64,000 nt of DNA from an uncultured Spirochaetota bacterium (GTDB taxonomy: Bacteria > Spirochaetota > UBA4802 > UBA5550). Made by a program: the position numbers and the translations under genes. The stretch lies in NCBI GenBank assembly GCA_963827275.1, contig CAWHAA010000006.1:64001-128000 (forward strand), in the 5' to 3' direction. Under the pieces are notes generated by a model, which saw nothing but the letters and a program-made list of their open reading frames with translations, made no database searches and was not told the origin of the DNA. Shown here piece by piece: positions 1-9,701 of the stretch (positions are counted from its first letter, which is position 1; the number at the start of each line of letters is the position of its first letter).

Positions 1-537
1 GGCAATCTTGAAATAGTTAAATTATTAATTATGAATAAAGCAATAATTGATACTGAAACTGATGATAGAGGAACCTTAAATAATGCAATATGGGTGGGTA
101 ATAAAAAAATAATTCAATATTTAATCAGTAAAGGAATTTATATAAATATAAGTTGTTCAAGTAGTTTAATATTTTCTGCATTATCTTCTGTTTCATTTGA
201 AATGTTAAGATTTGTTGTTGATGATTTAGGCGTATGTATTGATTCGAAAGATTATTTCTATGGGGATACACCTCTATATAAAAATATTTATGATGAACGT
301 ATACAAGAAGCAGCCTATTTAATAAAGAAAGGCGCAAATATTAATGCCCAAAACAAGAAAAAGCAAACACCCTTGCATGAGGCTGTAATATCCGGTAAAA
401 CCAAAATGATCGAGCTGCTATTAAAAAACGGCGCAGACGTCCATATCAAAGACGAAAAAGGTCTATCGCCGCTTGATTACGCAAAGAAAGAGAACAACCC
501 CCGGGTGCTGGCGTTATTGAAACGATATGGCAAATAA
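1..537 (+). CDS. Ankyrin-repeat protein, 5'-truncated by the window edge (array member 1)
   Basis: Frame is open from base 1 (GNLEIVKLLIM...). Ankyrin motifs GDTPLY and QTPLHEA...LLKNGADV; paralogous to the next two genes. Confidence 0.9.
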   Translation, partial: GNLEIVKLLIMNKAIIDTETDDRGTLNNAIWVGNKKIIQYLISKGIYINISCSSSLIFSALSSVSFEMLRFVVDDLGVCIDSKDYFYGDTPLYKNIYDERIQEAAYLIKKGANINAQNKKKQTPLHEAVISGKTKMIELLLKNGADVHIKDEKGLSPLDYAKKENNPRVLALLKRYGK

Positions 538-605
538 TGTGAAATTGTTCCAAGCTTTTCTAATGAAAAAAATCGCCTGTCTTCTGATTTTTATCGGTAT
601 CTTTA
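475..605 (+). repeat. 131-bp direct repeat, copy 1 (3' end of ankyrin gene plus downstream intergenic DNA)
   Basis: Identical by eye to 1319-1449 (offset 844). Confidence 0.9.
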
Positions 606-631
606 AAATCATACAACCGGGATAGAAAGTA

Positions 632-1381
632 ATGAAAACATTGATAATAATCATTTTTTTGAGTTTTACCTGCGGCTGCTCTAAAAATTATGTCATTGAT
701 AATAAAGGTGATGATTTATATTCTGCAGCAAAAATAGGTAATTATAAAAAAGTTCAATTATTGATAAATAATGGTGCAGATGTTAACTATAGAAAACAAC
801 TTTTATCAAATGATGATTACCCATTAAATGCGGCAATATATAGTGGAAATATTGAGATTGTAAAATTATTGATCATGAGTGGTGCAAAAATAGATACTGA
901 AAAAGAAAATAGATTTTGCTTAAGCGATGCCATTTATAAAGAAAATAAAGTGATTATACGGTATTTATTATCAAAAGGTATACATGTCGATAAAAGTTGT
1001 TCAAGCTCATTAATTTTTTCTGCGATGTATTCACGCTCTTTTGATATGATGAAATATGTAATTGAAGATCTTCATGTTTGTATTGATTCAAGAGAAACAC
1101 ATTACCAACATACCCCACTGTATAAAACCGTCTGCGAGGATCTTTATCAAGAGGCTCAGTATTTAATAAAAAGGGGTGCGAATGTAAATATACCAAACAA
1201 GGATAATGAAACTCCATTGCATGTTGCTGTAACGTGGAAAAGGTTTAAGTTCATTGAACTTTTGCTAAAAAACGGCGCCGATCCAACCACCAAGGATGCT
1301 AAGGGCCTAACTCCCCTGGATTACGCAAAGAAAGAGAACAACCCCCGGGTGCTGGCGTTATTGAAACGATATGGCAAATAA
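632..1381 (+). CDS. Ankyrin-repeat lipoprotein (array member 2, 249 aa)
   Basis: Signal peptide with lipobox-like FTCGC; multiple ankyrin repeats. Confidence 0.9.
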   Translation: MKTLIIIIFLSFTCGCSKNYVIDNKGDDLYSAAKIGNYKKVQLLINNGADVNYRKQLLSNDDYPLNAAIYSGNIEIVKLLIMSGAKIDTEKENRFCLSDAIYKENKVIIRYLLSKGIHVDKSCSSSLIFSAMYSRSFDMMKYVIEDLHVCIDSRETHYQHTPLYKTVCEDLYQEAQYLIKRGANVNIPNKDNETPLHVAVTWKRFKFIELLLKNGADPTTKDAKGLTPLDYAKKENNPRVLALLKRYGK

Positions 1382-1449
1382 TGTGAAATTGTTCCAAGCT
1401 TTTCTAATGAAAAAAATCGCCTGTCTTCTGATTTTTATCGGTATCTTTA
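1319..1449 (+). repeat. 131-bp direct repeat, copy 2
   Basis: Identical to 475-605. Confidence 0.9.
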
Positions 1450-2110
1450 TAATCATAAAACCGGATATCTGCAAAGCATATGCCGGGAGTCCGCGTGGGT
1501 GGTATCTTTCTCCCGAGTTGGTTTAATAATTGGTTGCGTGGTTTCTAATATTTATAGAATTGCTATTAAAATTATAAAGCAGGCTAATAGACAATGTATC
1601 GCTTGATGATGACATTATTTATAATTTTCATATCTAATTGCACAACAACAGCTATTTCTGCTGATAAAGATGAATTGCTGTACCAGGCAGCAAGAAAAGG
1701 TGATCCCTATAGAGTGCAAGAATTAATTAATCAAGGAGCCGACGTTAATTACAAAAAACAATTCCTGTCGCATGACGAATATCCGCTGAATGGGGCCATA
1801 AAAAGCGGCAAAATTGAGATCGTCATGGTGCTCATTGCTAATGGCGCAAAAATAGACACGGAGAATGATGACAGGAATATTTTAAGTGATGCGATTTATC
1901 ATAAACATAAGAACATTATGCACTATCTGATTAGCAAGGGGAATTATGTTGAAAGAAGCTGTAAGAGTCAGCTGATATTTACCGCGATATATTCTCGCTC
2001 AATTGAAATGCTGAAATTCGTTGTTCAAGATCTCGGCGTCTGTATCGATTCAAAACAGTTGCATTACGAAACTACTCCACTATTTGAAACAATCTGCGAA
2101 GAGCTTTATC

Positions 2111-3279
2111 TGTAAAACTCTGAACTTCATCTGACACTCACCAATCACTTCCAAACTGCCTGTCAGTTAAAGTTTAGCAGTTTTTCTTTTGCAAGCACTA
2201 ACGAATCCTTGAACGTATCTATCGGTGTTTTGCCATAACAATATTTTCCACTATGCGGTCTCTCATTATTATATTGAACAATCCATATGTCAAGATCCTT
2301 CTGAAGTTCATCAAGAGTGTTGTAAATTTTCTTTCTAAATGCTATGCGATAAAATTCATCTTGAATGGTTCGATGAAATCTTTCGCATATTCCATTTGTT
2401 TGAGGATGCCGCGTCTTTGTCTTTGTGTGCTCAATATCCTCAATCGAAAGAAACAGTTCATAGTCATGACTTTCCATTTTCCCGCAATATTCGGTACCAC
2501 GATCCGTCAATACTCGGATCAGCTTAATGCTGCTGTTTTCATAAAACGGTATAACCCTGTCGTTCAATATGTTGGCAGAGGTAATTGGTGTTTTCATATT
2601 GTATAACTTTGCAAAAGCCACCTTACAATACGTGTCTATAAAAGTCTGCTGGTATATCCGGCCAACACCTTTGACCGTTCCTACATACATTGTGTCCTGC
2701 GAACCCAGATAACCAGGATGTTCAGATACAATCTCACCATGAGCTTCCTTTTCCTCTTTGGCTTTCTCTAATGCGGCAAGCTGTGATTCCGTGAGAATGA
2801 TTCCATCTTGAGCGACCTTGGCCTCAAGTGCCTTGAGCCGCTTCTTCATGGTTTCAAGATCATTACGGAGCCATATGCTTCTTACTCCGGTAGGTGAGAC
2901 AAATATCCCCTGTTTTCTCAGTTCATTAGAAGCCCGAACCTGTCCAAATGCGGGATACTCAATTGCAATGCTGTTAACTGCAGTTTCAACACTTGGATCA
3001 ACACGATTCTTTATATTAGCTTTTTTTCTGCTGATTTCTTTTAACGCTTCTTCACCACCAGTATCATAAAGTTCCTTTAGCCGGTAGTAACTGTCTCGGG
3101 AATATCCCATAATGTGACATGCTTTTTTGACATTCCCAATCTGCTCTGCGAGGTTTAATAACCCCATTTTGTTCCTGATGACTTTCTGTTCTGTTGTCAT
3201 GTACTCCTCCGTATAATTATTCAGAGCATTTTCTGCTCCATTTATCGGAAGAGTGTCAGATTAAATCGAGTCTATTACA
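2111..3279 (-). mobile_element. IS481-family insertion sequence (1169 bp)
   Basis: 5'-TGT...ACA-3' ends; imperfect 29-bp terminal IRs (TGTAA...ATCTGACACTC); 7-bp direct repeat CTTTATC at 2104-2110 and 3280-3286. Confidence 0.93.
2163..3200 (-). CDS. IS481-family DDE transposase
   Basis: N-terminal HTH plus rve core (SQDT, LTDRGTEY, PQTNGICERFHRT, YNNERPHSG); GGAGGAG RBS. Confidence 0.95.
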   Translation of the reverse strand: MTTEQKVIRNKMGLLNLAEQIGNVKKACHIMGYSRDSYYRLKELYDTGGEEALKEISRKKANIKNRVDPSVETAVNSIAIEYPAFGQVRASNELRKQGIFVSPTGVRSIWLRNDLETMKKRLKALEAKVAQDGIILTESQLAALEKAKEEKEAHGEIVSEHPGYLGSQDTMYVGTVKGVGRIYQQTFIDTYCKVAFAKLYNMKTPITSANILNDRVIPFYENSSIKLIRVLTDRGTEYCGKMESHDYELFLSIEDIEHTKTKTRHPQTNGICERFHRTIQDEFYRIAFRKKIYNTLDELQKDLDIWIVQYNNERPHSGKYCYGKTPIDTFKDSLVLAKEKLLNFN

Positions 3280-3532
3280 CTTTATCAATATGCAACCTAT
3301 TTAATAAAGAACGGCGCTGATCTTAATGCCCAAAACAAGAAAAAGGAAACCCCACTACATTGTGCTGTATCCAGCAGCAAAATCAAAATGATCGAACTGT
3401 TATTGAAAAACGGCGCAGACGTCCATATAAAAGACGAAAAAGGCCTGTCGCCGCTTGATTACGCAAATAAAGAGAACAACCCCCGGGTGCTGGCATTATT
3501 GAAACGATACGGCACCTGATACTGCCGTCCTT

Positions 3533-4600
3533 TCACCGCCCCAGCTTATATCGCGCCATTTTGTCCATCGTCAGGCTCCCGAAATACAGGAACCCGCCAT
3601 GCTCACGCGCGGTGGTGATATCGGAGAGCTTCGCGCCGCCGGGGTCTTGCAGAGAGCCGGTGATTCGTCCCCGCTCGTCGAGCGACACGACAAGGCCGTA
3701 CCTGGCGGAATGCGCCCAGAGGGACTCAGGGAGCCTGCCGAGGACCGACTTGATGAACGGGTGGCCCTGGACCATGTCCAGGGCGTCGTTGCGCACGGTG
3801 AAGAGCGCGAGCCAGAAGGTCCCCGCATCGTTGGAGGTGATGTTGTCCGGCATGCCGGGCAGGTTGTCGATGAAGATGTGGGCCGTGCCGGCCTTCGGTC
3901 CCTTCAGCCAGTAACGCCATACCCGGTAGCGGTACGTCTCGTTCACCAGAACGAAGTCCTCGCCGCGCGACAGCGCCACGCCGTTGGCGAAGCAGAGCCC
4001 CCTGAGCAGCACCGTGACCTTCTTCGTCGCGGGGTCGTAGCGCATGAACCTGCCGTGGGGCCGCGCCTCTATCATGTCCAGCTTGAATTGCTCGAGAGGG
4101 AAGGTGTCCGACGCGTCGGTGAAATAGACGGAGCCGTCGCGGGCGATGTCGAGCGCGTCGGTGGCGCGGAACTTCACCCCTTCGGCCGAGTCGGCGAGGA
4201 GGGTGGCCGCGCCGTGTTTGTCGATTGAGACGAGGCCGCGCGAGGCGTCGCAGGCGATGAGGGCGCCGCTCCGGTCAAACATGAGGCCGAGCACCCTGCC
4301 GCCGGTCCGCGCGTAGGTCTCCGGCGCGCCGCCGGGTGCGGTCCGCATGACCGCGCCGTCAGCGGTCCCGGTGTAGAGGCGGCCCGCAGCGTCAAAGGCG
4401 ATGTCCTCCGGGCCGTCGAGCCTGCCCGCCGCGATCAGTTCCGCCCTCGCCAGCAGGTCGTTCGGCGTGAGCGCGCCTGTCATAGCCGGTTTTTTCGGGG
4501 GGTGGTAGGCCACCGGGTCCACCGGTGACGTGACCGCGAGCAGTATGATGAGCAGGATAACGACGGCTGCTAAAATGGGTGCGAATATCTTTATGCGCAT
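3533..4600 (-). CDS. Strictosidine synthase / SMP-30 gluconolactonase family beta-propeller protein
   Basis: GPEDIAFD, VYFTDAS, FANGVALS, LPGMPDNI motifs; N-terminal membrane anchor. Confidence 0.9.
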   Translation of the reverse strand: MRIKIFAPILAAVVILLIILLAVTSPVDPVAYHPPKKPAMTGALTPNDLLARAELIAAGRLDGPEDIAFDAAGRLYTGTADGAVMRTAPGGAPETYARTGGRVLGLMFDRSGALIACDASRGLVSIDKHGAATLLADSAEGVKFRATDALDIARDGSVYFTDASDTFPLEQFKLDMIEARPHGRFMRYDPATKKVTVLLRGLCFANGVALSRGEDFVLVNETYRYRVWRYWLKGPKAGTAHIFIDNLPGMPDNITSNDAGTFWLALFTVRNDALDMVQGHPFIKSVLGRLPESLWAHSARYGLVVSLDERGRITGSLQDPGGAKLSDITTAREHGGFLYFGSLTMDKMARYKLGR

Positions 4601-4763
4601 GTCCGGGCCCCTCCTGGTTAACGTTCGGTACGCGCCTGCCGCGGTCGTACATGAGGATGCCCGCGGGACAGAATATTGTCAATCATCATTTTAGGTGCCC
4701 GGCAGCGGGCGGTGACGGTAAAATATTTATTGCAATTTTAAAACATGTGCACATAATGATGCC

Positions 4764-7139
4764 ATGTCATTCAACTTCAGGGAACAGATGCGGTCTCTTG
4801 CCGGCCTTCTCGTGCCTCCCGCGTACGACAGCATCGGGGACAGGGGACGAAAAAGACTGTTTGTGCTTTTTCTCATCCTGATCTGCATCCCGATGATTAT
4901 TTTTGGCGTTAACCATCTTCTAAATGGAATATATCTGTACGGGATCATAGATATTGCCGCGGCCCTTGTATTATTCGGCGTTATAATCTCCCTCAGGTTC
5001 CTGAAAAACGGCCTCGTTATCTATCGACTGGTTATCATGATGATGATAGGGCTCTTTTTCTACTGGATCAAAACAGGAGCCGTCCAGGGGCATGCAAGCC
5101 TGTGGGTGCTTGCCTTTCCCCTCTTCAGCTATTTCCTGACCGGGCGGCGCGAGGGGTCCTTATGGACCTTCATAATGTTCGCTGCGACCGGCTTTATCTT
5201 CTTCAACCCGTTTTCCATGATTCACGCGTGGCAGTACCCCTTCGACTACGTGTTCCGGCACCTCATCGCCTTTGTTGTCATAATATTTTTCACCTACATA
5301 TATGAGTCCATCAGCGAGAAGTATAACGATGAGATAGAAAATGAACGCCGTCTACTCCTCAGGGAAAAGGAACAGCTCGCTGACTTGATGAAAGAGGTCG
5401 AATCCGTGAACGCGCACCTTCGGGATGAAATGGAGGTCCGCCGCCTTGCGGAGGAGGAGCTCCGCAAGCACCGCGACAACCTCGAGGGCCTGGCCGAGGA
5501 GCGGACCGGGGAGCTCCACCGCAAGAACATCGAGCTCGAGAAGAGCGAAAAGCGGTACCGCCTCCTTGCGGAGAATATCAATGACATGATCTGGTCGGTG
5601 GACCTGGACCTGAACGTGCAGTACGTCAGCCCCTCCGTCCAGGCCATGTACGGGTACACGGTCGAGGAGGCGCTCTCCCTTTCCATGAAGGACATCCACA
5701 CGCCTGAATCCCTGAAGAAAATAAAGAAGACGTATGCCGGGTTCGCGGCGATGGGCAGGCGGGAAGGGGCCGATGCGGCGAGGAACCTGGTGCTGCAGCT
5801 CGAGCACCGCCGCAAGGACGGGTCGTTGTTCGACGCGGAGACCAGGATCTCTGTCATCCGGGACGAATCGGGCATGCCGGCGGGCTTCATCGGTGTGACG
5901 CGCGACATCAGCGAGCGCGTCAGGGCCCAGCGTGAAAAGGAGAAGATCCAGCAGCAGCTTGCCCAGGCGCAGAAAATGGAAGCGATCGGGACGCTCGCCG
6001 GCGGCCTCGCCCATGACTTCAACAACATACTGAGCGGGATACTGGGGGCCCTCGACCTTGTCCGTCTCATGCTGAAGAAGGAACAGCTCGCGGAGCGCGG
6101 GAAAATCGAGAGCTACCTTGAAATGGGGATCGAGGCCTCGCGGCGCTCGGTCGACATCATCAAGGACCTGCTCGCCCTGTCCATGAAGCAGGAGCCGCGG
6201 CTCGCGCCGGTCGATGTCAACGAGACGGTCAGCCGCACCTGCGACATCTGCAAAAACAGCTTCCCCAAGTCGGTCATCCTTGACTGCGTGCTCTCCCCCG
6301 ACGAGCCGGTGATCATGGGCGACAAGGCGCAGGTCGGGCAGGTGCTCCTGAACCTCTGCATTAACGCCTCGCACGCCATGACCATCATGAGGCCCCCGGA
6401 TGAGCCGCAGGGAGGCGTGATTTCCCTGCGCGTCGAGCTCGCGGGCCCGGGCCATCCGGACGGGGGGCCGGGGGAGGCGGGTGATGGCCGTGCCTGGGTA
6501 AAGATCTCCATCAGCGACACCGGCGTCGGCATGGACCGGGAGACCATGGACCGCATCTTCGAGCCGTTCTTCACCAGGAAGGACAGGGAGAAGGGTTCGG
6601 GCCTCGGGCTCGCGATCTCCTACAATATAATCCAGAACCATCACGGTTCCATCCGCGTTTACTCGGAGCATGGCCGGGGGGCGCGCTTCACGCTGTATTT
6701 CCCCCTGTCGGGTGAACTCCCGGAACGGAAGGACGCGCACGCGAACGGGAACGAACTGGCGCGGGGATCGGGAACGGTCCTGGTCATAGACGACGAGCGC
6801 ATGGTGCTCAACGTCACGAAGGGTTTTCTCGAGCAGTGCGGGTATTCCGTCATCACCGCCGGGGTGCCGGAGGAGGGCATCGCGCTGTTCAGGGAGCGCC
6901 ATGCGGAGATCTCCGCCGTCATCATCGACCTGTCGATGCAGGGCATGAACGGACTCGATGTGTTCCGCGAGATGAAGAGGACCGATCCCGGCGTGCGGGC
7001 GATACTGGCGTCCGGTATGCTTGACGACGACTCGAAGGAGCGCGCGCGCGCGATGGGCATCCGGGGGTTCGCGCACAAGCCCTTCCGCGCCAGGGAGCTG
7101 TCGATCATCGTGCGCGGGGTCCTGGACGAAGGGCGGTGA
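4764..7139 (+). CDS. Membrane-bound hybrid sensor histidine kinase (TM region, PAS, HisKA, HATPase, receiver)
   Basis: LAHDFNNIL H-box, NLCINA N-box, DTGVGM, FEPFFT, GSGLGL; C-terminal receiver (VIDDE, IIDLSM, KPF). Confidence 0.95.
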   Translation: MSFNFREQMRSLAGLLVPPAYDSIGDRGRKRLFVLFLILICIPMIIFGVNHLLNGIYLYGIIDIAAALVLFGVIISLRFLKNGLVIYRLVIMMMIGLFFYWIKTGAVQGHASLWVLAFPLFSYFLTGRREGSLWTFIMFAATGFIFFNPFSMIHAWQYPFDYVFRHLIAFVVIIFFTYIYESISEKYNDEIENERRLLLREKEQLADLMKEVESVNAHLRDEMEVRRLAEEELRKHRDNLEGLAEERTGELHRKNIELEKSEKRYRLLAENINDMIWSVDLDLNVQYVSPSVQAMYGYTVEEALSLSMKDIHTPESLKKIKKTYAGFAAMGRREGADAARNLVLQLEHRRKDGSLFDAETRISVIRDESGMPAGFIGVTRDISERVRAQREKEKIQQQLAQAQKMEAIGTLAGGLAHDFNNILSGILGALDLVRLMLKKEQLAERGKIESYLEMGIEASRRSVDIIKDLLALSMKQEPRLAPVDVNETVSRTCDICKNSFPKSVILDCVLSPDEPVIMGDKAQVGQVLLNLCINASHAMTIMRPPDEPQGGVISLRVELAGPGHPDGGPGEAGDGRAWVKISISDTGVGMDRETMDRIFEPFFTRKDREKGSGLGLAISYNIIQNHHGSIRVYSEHGRGARFTLYFPLSGELPERKDAHANGNELARGSGTVLVIDDERMVLNVTKGFLEQCGYSVITAGVPEEGIALFRERHAEISAVIIDLSMQGMNGLDVFREMKRTDPGVRAILASGMLDDDSKERARAMGIRGFAHKPFRARELSIIVRGVLDEGR

Positions 7140-7145
7140 CCGCGC

Positions 7146-8438
7146 CTATAGCTGCGCGTCGAGGTGCTTCGCCAGCCTCTTGCCGAGGGAGACCACGGTC
7201 CATACCACCGGCGCGCCGAGGGAGGAGGGGAGGACGCTGGCGTCGCAGCAGTACAGCCCGCTGATCTGCGTCGCGAGGTCCGTGTCCACCACGTGCCCGA
7301 TTCGGCAGGTCGCCGACGGGTGCGCGCCCGCCTGCTTCATCGGGTAGATGCTGCTCTCCTTCGCCCCGGCCTTCCTGAATATCTTCGTGATTACCTCGAT
7401 CCCCTTGTCAAGCTTCCTGCGGTCCGAGGGGGTGACCGGCTTGCTGAACGCCCTGCCGTTCCCGATCTCCCCGGTGATATCGTCGCGCACTTTTACCATG
7501 ATGCTGCTGTACCGCCGCATGTTGGCCAGCTTGAGCAGGTGCCGCGGACCGGAGAGAATTGCCACCCCGAGGAAGAGCGCCCAGTTGGGCGACACGGGCA
7601 TGAGCACGAAATCGTCGGTTTCATAGTGCTCCAGTGTGCCCACGCTCATGGGGGTCGCGCCGCGGGCGTTGGTGCCCGGCACCACCGCCTGCACGAAGGT
7701 AAGCCAGTCGCAGCAGAGGCCCTTGCCCGCCTCTCCGATCCCGGCGGCCCGCAGCAGGTGCACGTTGCTCATGCCCCCGGCGGAGAGGACCACGGACCTG
7801 CCGTAAAAGCGCTCCCCGTTCTTCAGCTCCACCCCGCACGCCCTGCCGTTCTGTACGATCACCCTTTTTACGTCCGCGTGGAGCGCCAGGTCGGCGCCGC
7901 CGGCGACCGCCTCGTCCCCGAAGACCCGGGCGGTCCACTTGGCCCCGGTTCTGCAGCCCAGCATGCAGTTTCCCGATCCCGTGCATTTGCTCGCGTCAAT
8001 GAACTTGTCCATCTTCTGCCAGTGGTAGCCCAGGCTGTTGGCCGCCTCCATGAGCCGCAGGTTGTTTTCCCCTATCAGCTCGTCCGGGAGGGGATTGATC
8101 CACAGGTCCTTCCTCGCCTCTTCCGCTTCCTTCGAGAGGTCTATGCCGACCGGGTCGAACACCTTTTTGGGGGGAGGGAGCGCCGAGCCGGCCGCGATGT
8201 TGGAGGCGCCGCCGTAATTGGTGACGAACAGGACGATGTCCCTGGGGTTCCGCAGCAGGGTGGGGATATCGAACATGGTGGCCACGGTCACGGTATTCCC
8301 CAGCCACTCCATGCGCCCTCCCTTCTCAAGCATCAGGACCTTCTTCCCTTTCCTGGTCATTTCCCTGGCCACGGTGCACCCCGCGGCGCCGGTCCCGACG
8401 ACGATGACATCATATTCTTTTTTATGCTCTCTGTTCAT
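7146..8438 (-). CDS. GMC-family FAD-dependent oxidoreductase
   Basis: VVGTGAAG FAD motif, CTGSGNCMLGC, HPSATCRIG, GLYCCDAS. Confidence 0.85.
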   Translation of the reverse strand: MNREHKKEYDVIVVGTGAAGCTVAREMTRKGKKVLMLEKGGRMEWLGNTVTVATMFDIPTLLRNPRDIVLFVTNYGGASNIAAGSALPPPKKVFDPVGIDLSKEAEEARKDLWINPLPDELIGENNLRLMEAANSLGYHWQKMDKFIDASKCTGSGNCMLGCRTGAKWTARVFGDEAVAGGADLALHADVKRVIVQNGRACGVELKNGERFYGRSVVLSAGGMSNVHLLRAAGIGEAGKGLCCDWLTFVQAVVPGTNARGATPMSVGTLEHYETDDFVLMPVSPNWALFLGVAILSGPRHLLKLANMRRYSSIMVKVRDDITGEIGNGRAFSKPVTPSDRRKLDKGIEVITKIFRKAGAKESSIYPMKQAGAHPSATCRIGHVVDTDLATQISGLYCCDASVLPSSLGAPVVWTVVSLGKRLAKHLDAQL

Positions 8439-8459
8439 TTTACCTGTCCTGTGTAAGAT

Positions 8460-9371
8460 TTATTTACCCGCGTTCACGTATTCTTTTTTCACTATATCAA
8501 TGTCCAGCGGCACGTTTTTGCCCGGGTCCCTCCGCAACGAGAGGGCCTTTTCCGGGCAGTGCTCGGTGCAGAGCCCGCATCCCAGGCAGGCGTTCCTGTC
8601 GTAAATGAATCTCTTTTTCCGGGTATCGACCTGGATCGCCCCGACGGGACATGCCTTCGCGCACGTTCCGTGGTACCTGCACTTCGTCCCGCTGAAGGCC
8701 ACGGAGTAACCGGAGTTCGCGTTCATGGTGAAGGTATCGCTGAACTTCTTCGCGAATCGCGTGGCCTGGAGGCTCACGCAGGTGTCCGGGTGGCAGTTGC
8801 AGATGACGCCGGTGCTTCCGCCGGTGGCCACCTTGAAGAAGGCCTGCGTCACGTACCCCATCTTCCTGAACCTGCGGATCAATGCGAGGGCGTCCTTCTG
8901 CGAGATCCTGCGCGCGTGGTATTTCGCGCCGCCGTGCTCGAGCCAGAAGGACGAGAGCCCTTTGCCGACCGCGAGGCAGGAGTTGATGTTTTCGGCGCTG
9001 TCGCCGAGTGTCAGCTTGCAGGGGCAGTCCATTACCGCGATCTGCTCCGGTTCCTGGAAGATGATCTTGTACGCGTATCTGTACGGGACGATCTTCTTGT
9101 TTTCCGGCGACAGGGCCGCGATATTTTCATTCAGCGTGAAGATTTTTTTTGTGTCGCTGAATGATAATACCTTGGCGTGATACCGGGCAAATGCCATCGA
9201 GAGGATGCCGTTTAACGGCTTGAACCAGGACAGGTATGATGCGAGGAATTTAAAAAAATAATATACAAGCTTCACATATGGATAATAGAATTTGAAATAG
9301 ATATAGTTATGAATGAACCTGTCATACCGCCACCCATGTTTTTTCATCATGATCCTGGTTGATTCTTTCAT
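8460..9371 (-). CDS. 4Fe-4S binding (ferredoxin-like) protein
   Basis: CPC, ICNC..C, C-terminal C..HGTC...CP and CLGCGLCTEHCP motifs. Confidence 0.85.
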   Translation of the reverse strand: MKESTRIMMKKHGWRYDRFIHNYIYFKFYYPYVKLVYYFFKFLASYLSWFKPLNGILSMAFARYHAKVLSFSDTKKIFTLNENIAALSPENKKIVPYRYAYKIIFQEPEQIAVMDCPCKLTLGDSAENINSCLAVGKGLSSFWLEHGGAKYHARRISQKDALALIRRFRKMGYVTQAFFKVATGGSTGVICNCHPDTCVSLQATRFAKKFSDTFTMNANSGYSVAFSGTKCRYHGTCAKACPVGAIQVDTRKKRFIYDRNACLGCGLCTEHCPEKALSLRRDPGKNVPLDIDIVKKEYVNAGK

Positions 9372-9440
9372 GCTGTACCGCCTGGTTTACATCACAAGAG
9401 ATTGAATTGGGTCCTGCATTATTCCGGGCTATCGTCTTGT

Positions 9441-9474
9441 TAATTATAGACCGGACGCGTCCGGTCTATAATTA
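9441..9474. promoter_or_regulatory. Perfect 34-bp palindrome, probable TetR operator (site 1)
   Basis: TAATTATAGACCGGACG|CGTCCGGTCTATAATTA in the divergent intergenic region. Confidence 0.75.
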
Positions 9475-9582
9475 TTTAAAATAGCACATATTTTTAGTTT
9501 TTCAAACTAATTGTCTAAGAAATGTACTTTTTTTTGATAAATTATTTGAAAAAGAGATATATTTAAATATATGTTTATAAAA

Positions 9583-9598
9583 ACCGGACGCGTCCGGT
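9583..9598. promoter_or_regulatory. Second copy of the operator core ACCGGACGCGTCCGGT
   Basis: Same 16-bp palindromic core; additional half-site CGTCCGGT at 9652-9659. Confidence 0.7.
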
Positions 9599-9701
9599 CT
9601 ATATCTTATTGACTGTTTACATCCATATCATTATAATGTCAACATAAATACCGTCCGGTTAGTCTGATTATTGTAATAAATTATCGGCAATTGGATTTCA
9701 G

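Larger units (their letters stand above)
1594..3519 (+). pseudogene. Ankyrin-repeat lipoprotein (array member 3) interrupted by IS481; pieces 1594-2110 and 3287-3519
   Basis: Removing the IS and one TSD copy joins ...CEELY|QYATYLIKNGADLNAQNKKKETPLH...LLKRYGT* in frame, giving 750 nt, the same length as member 2. Confidence 0.92.

Noticed and set aside
475..1449. Identical repeats as a CRISPR array or DGR template/variable repeat
   Set aside because: Only two long copies, no spacer periodicity, no cas or reverse transcriptase gene in the window, and no adenine-specific mismatches.
5352..8456. Long antisense ORFs (5352-7076, 7164-8456; likewise 26128-27888, 52394-53350, 58807-59727)
   Set aside because: Shadow frames of GC-rich genes with clear motifs on the opposite strand; they have no recognisable motifs of their own.
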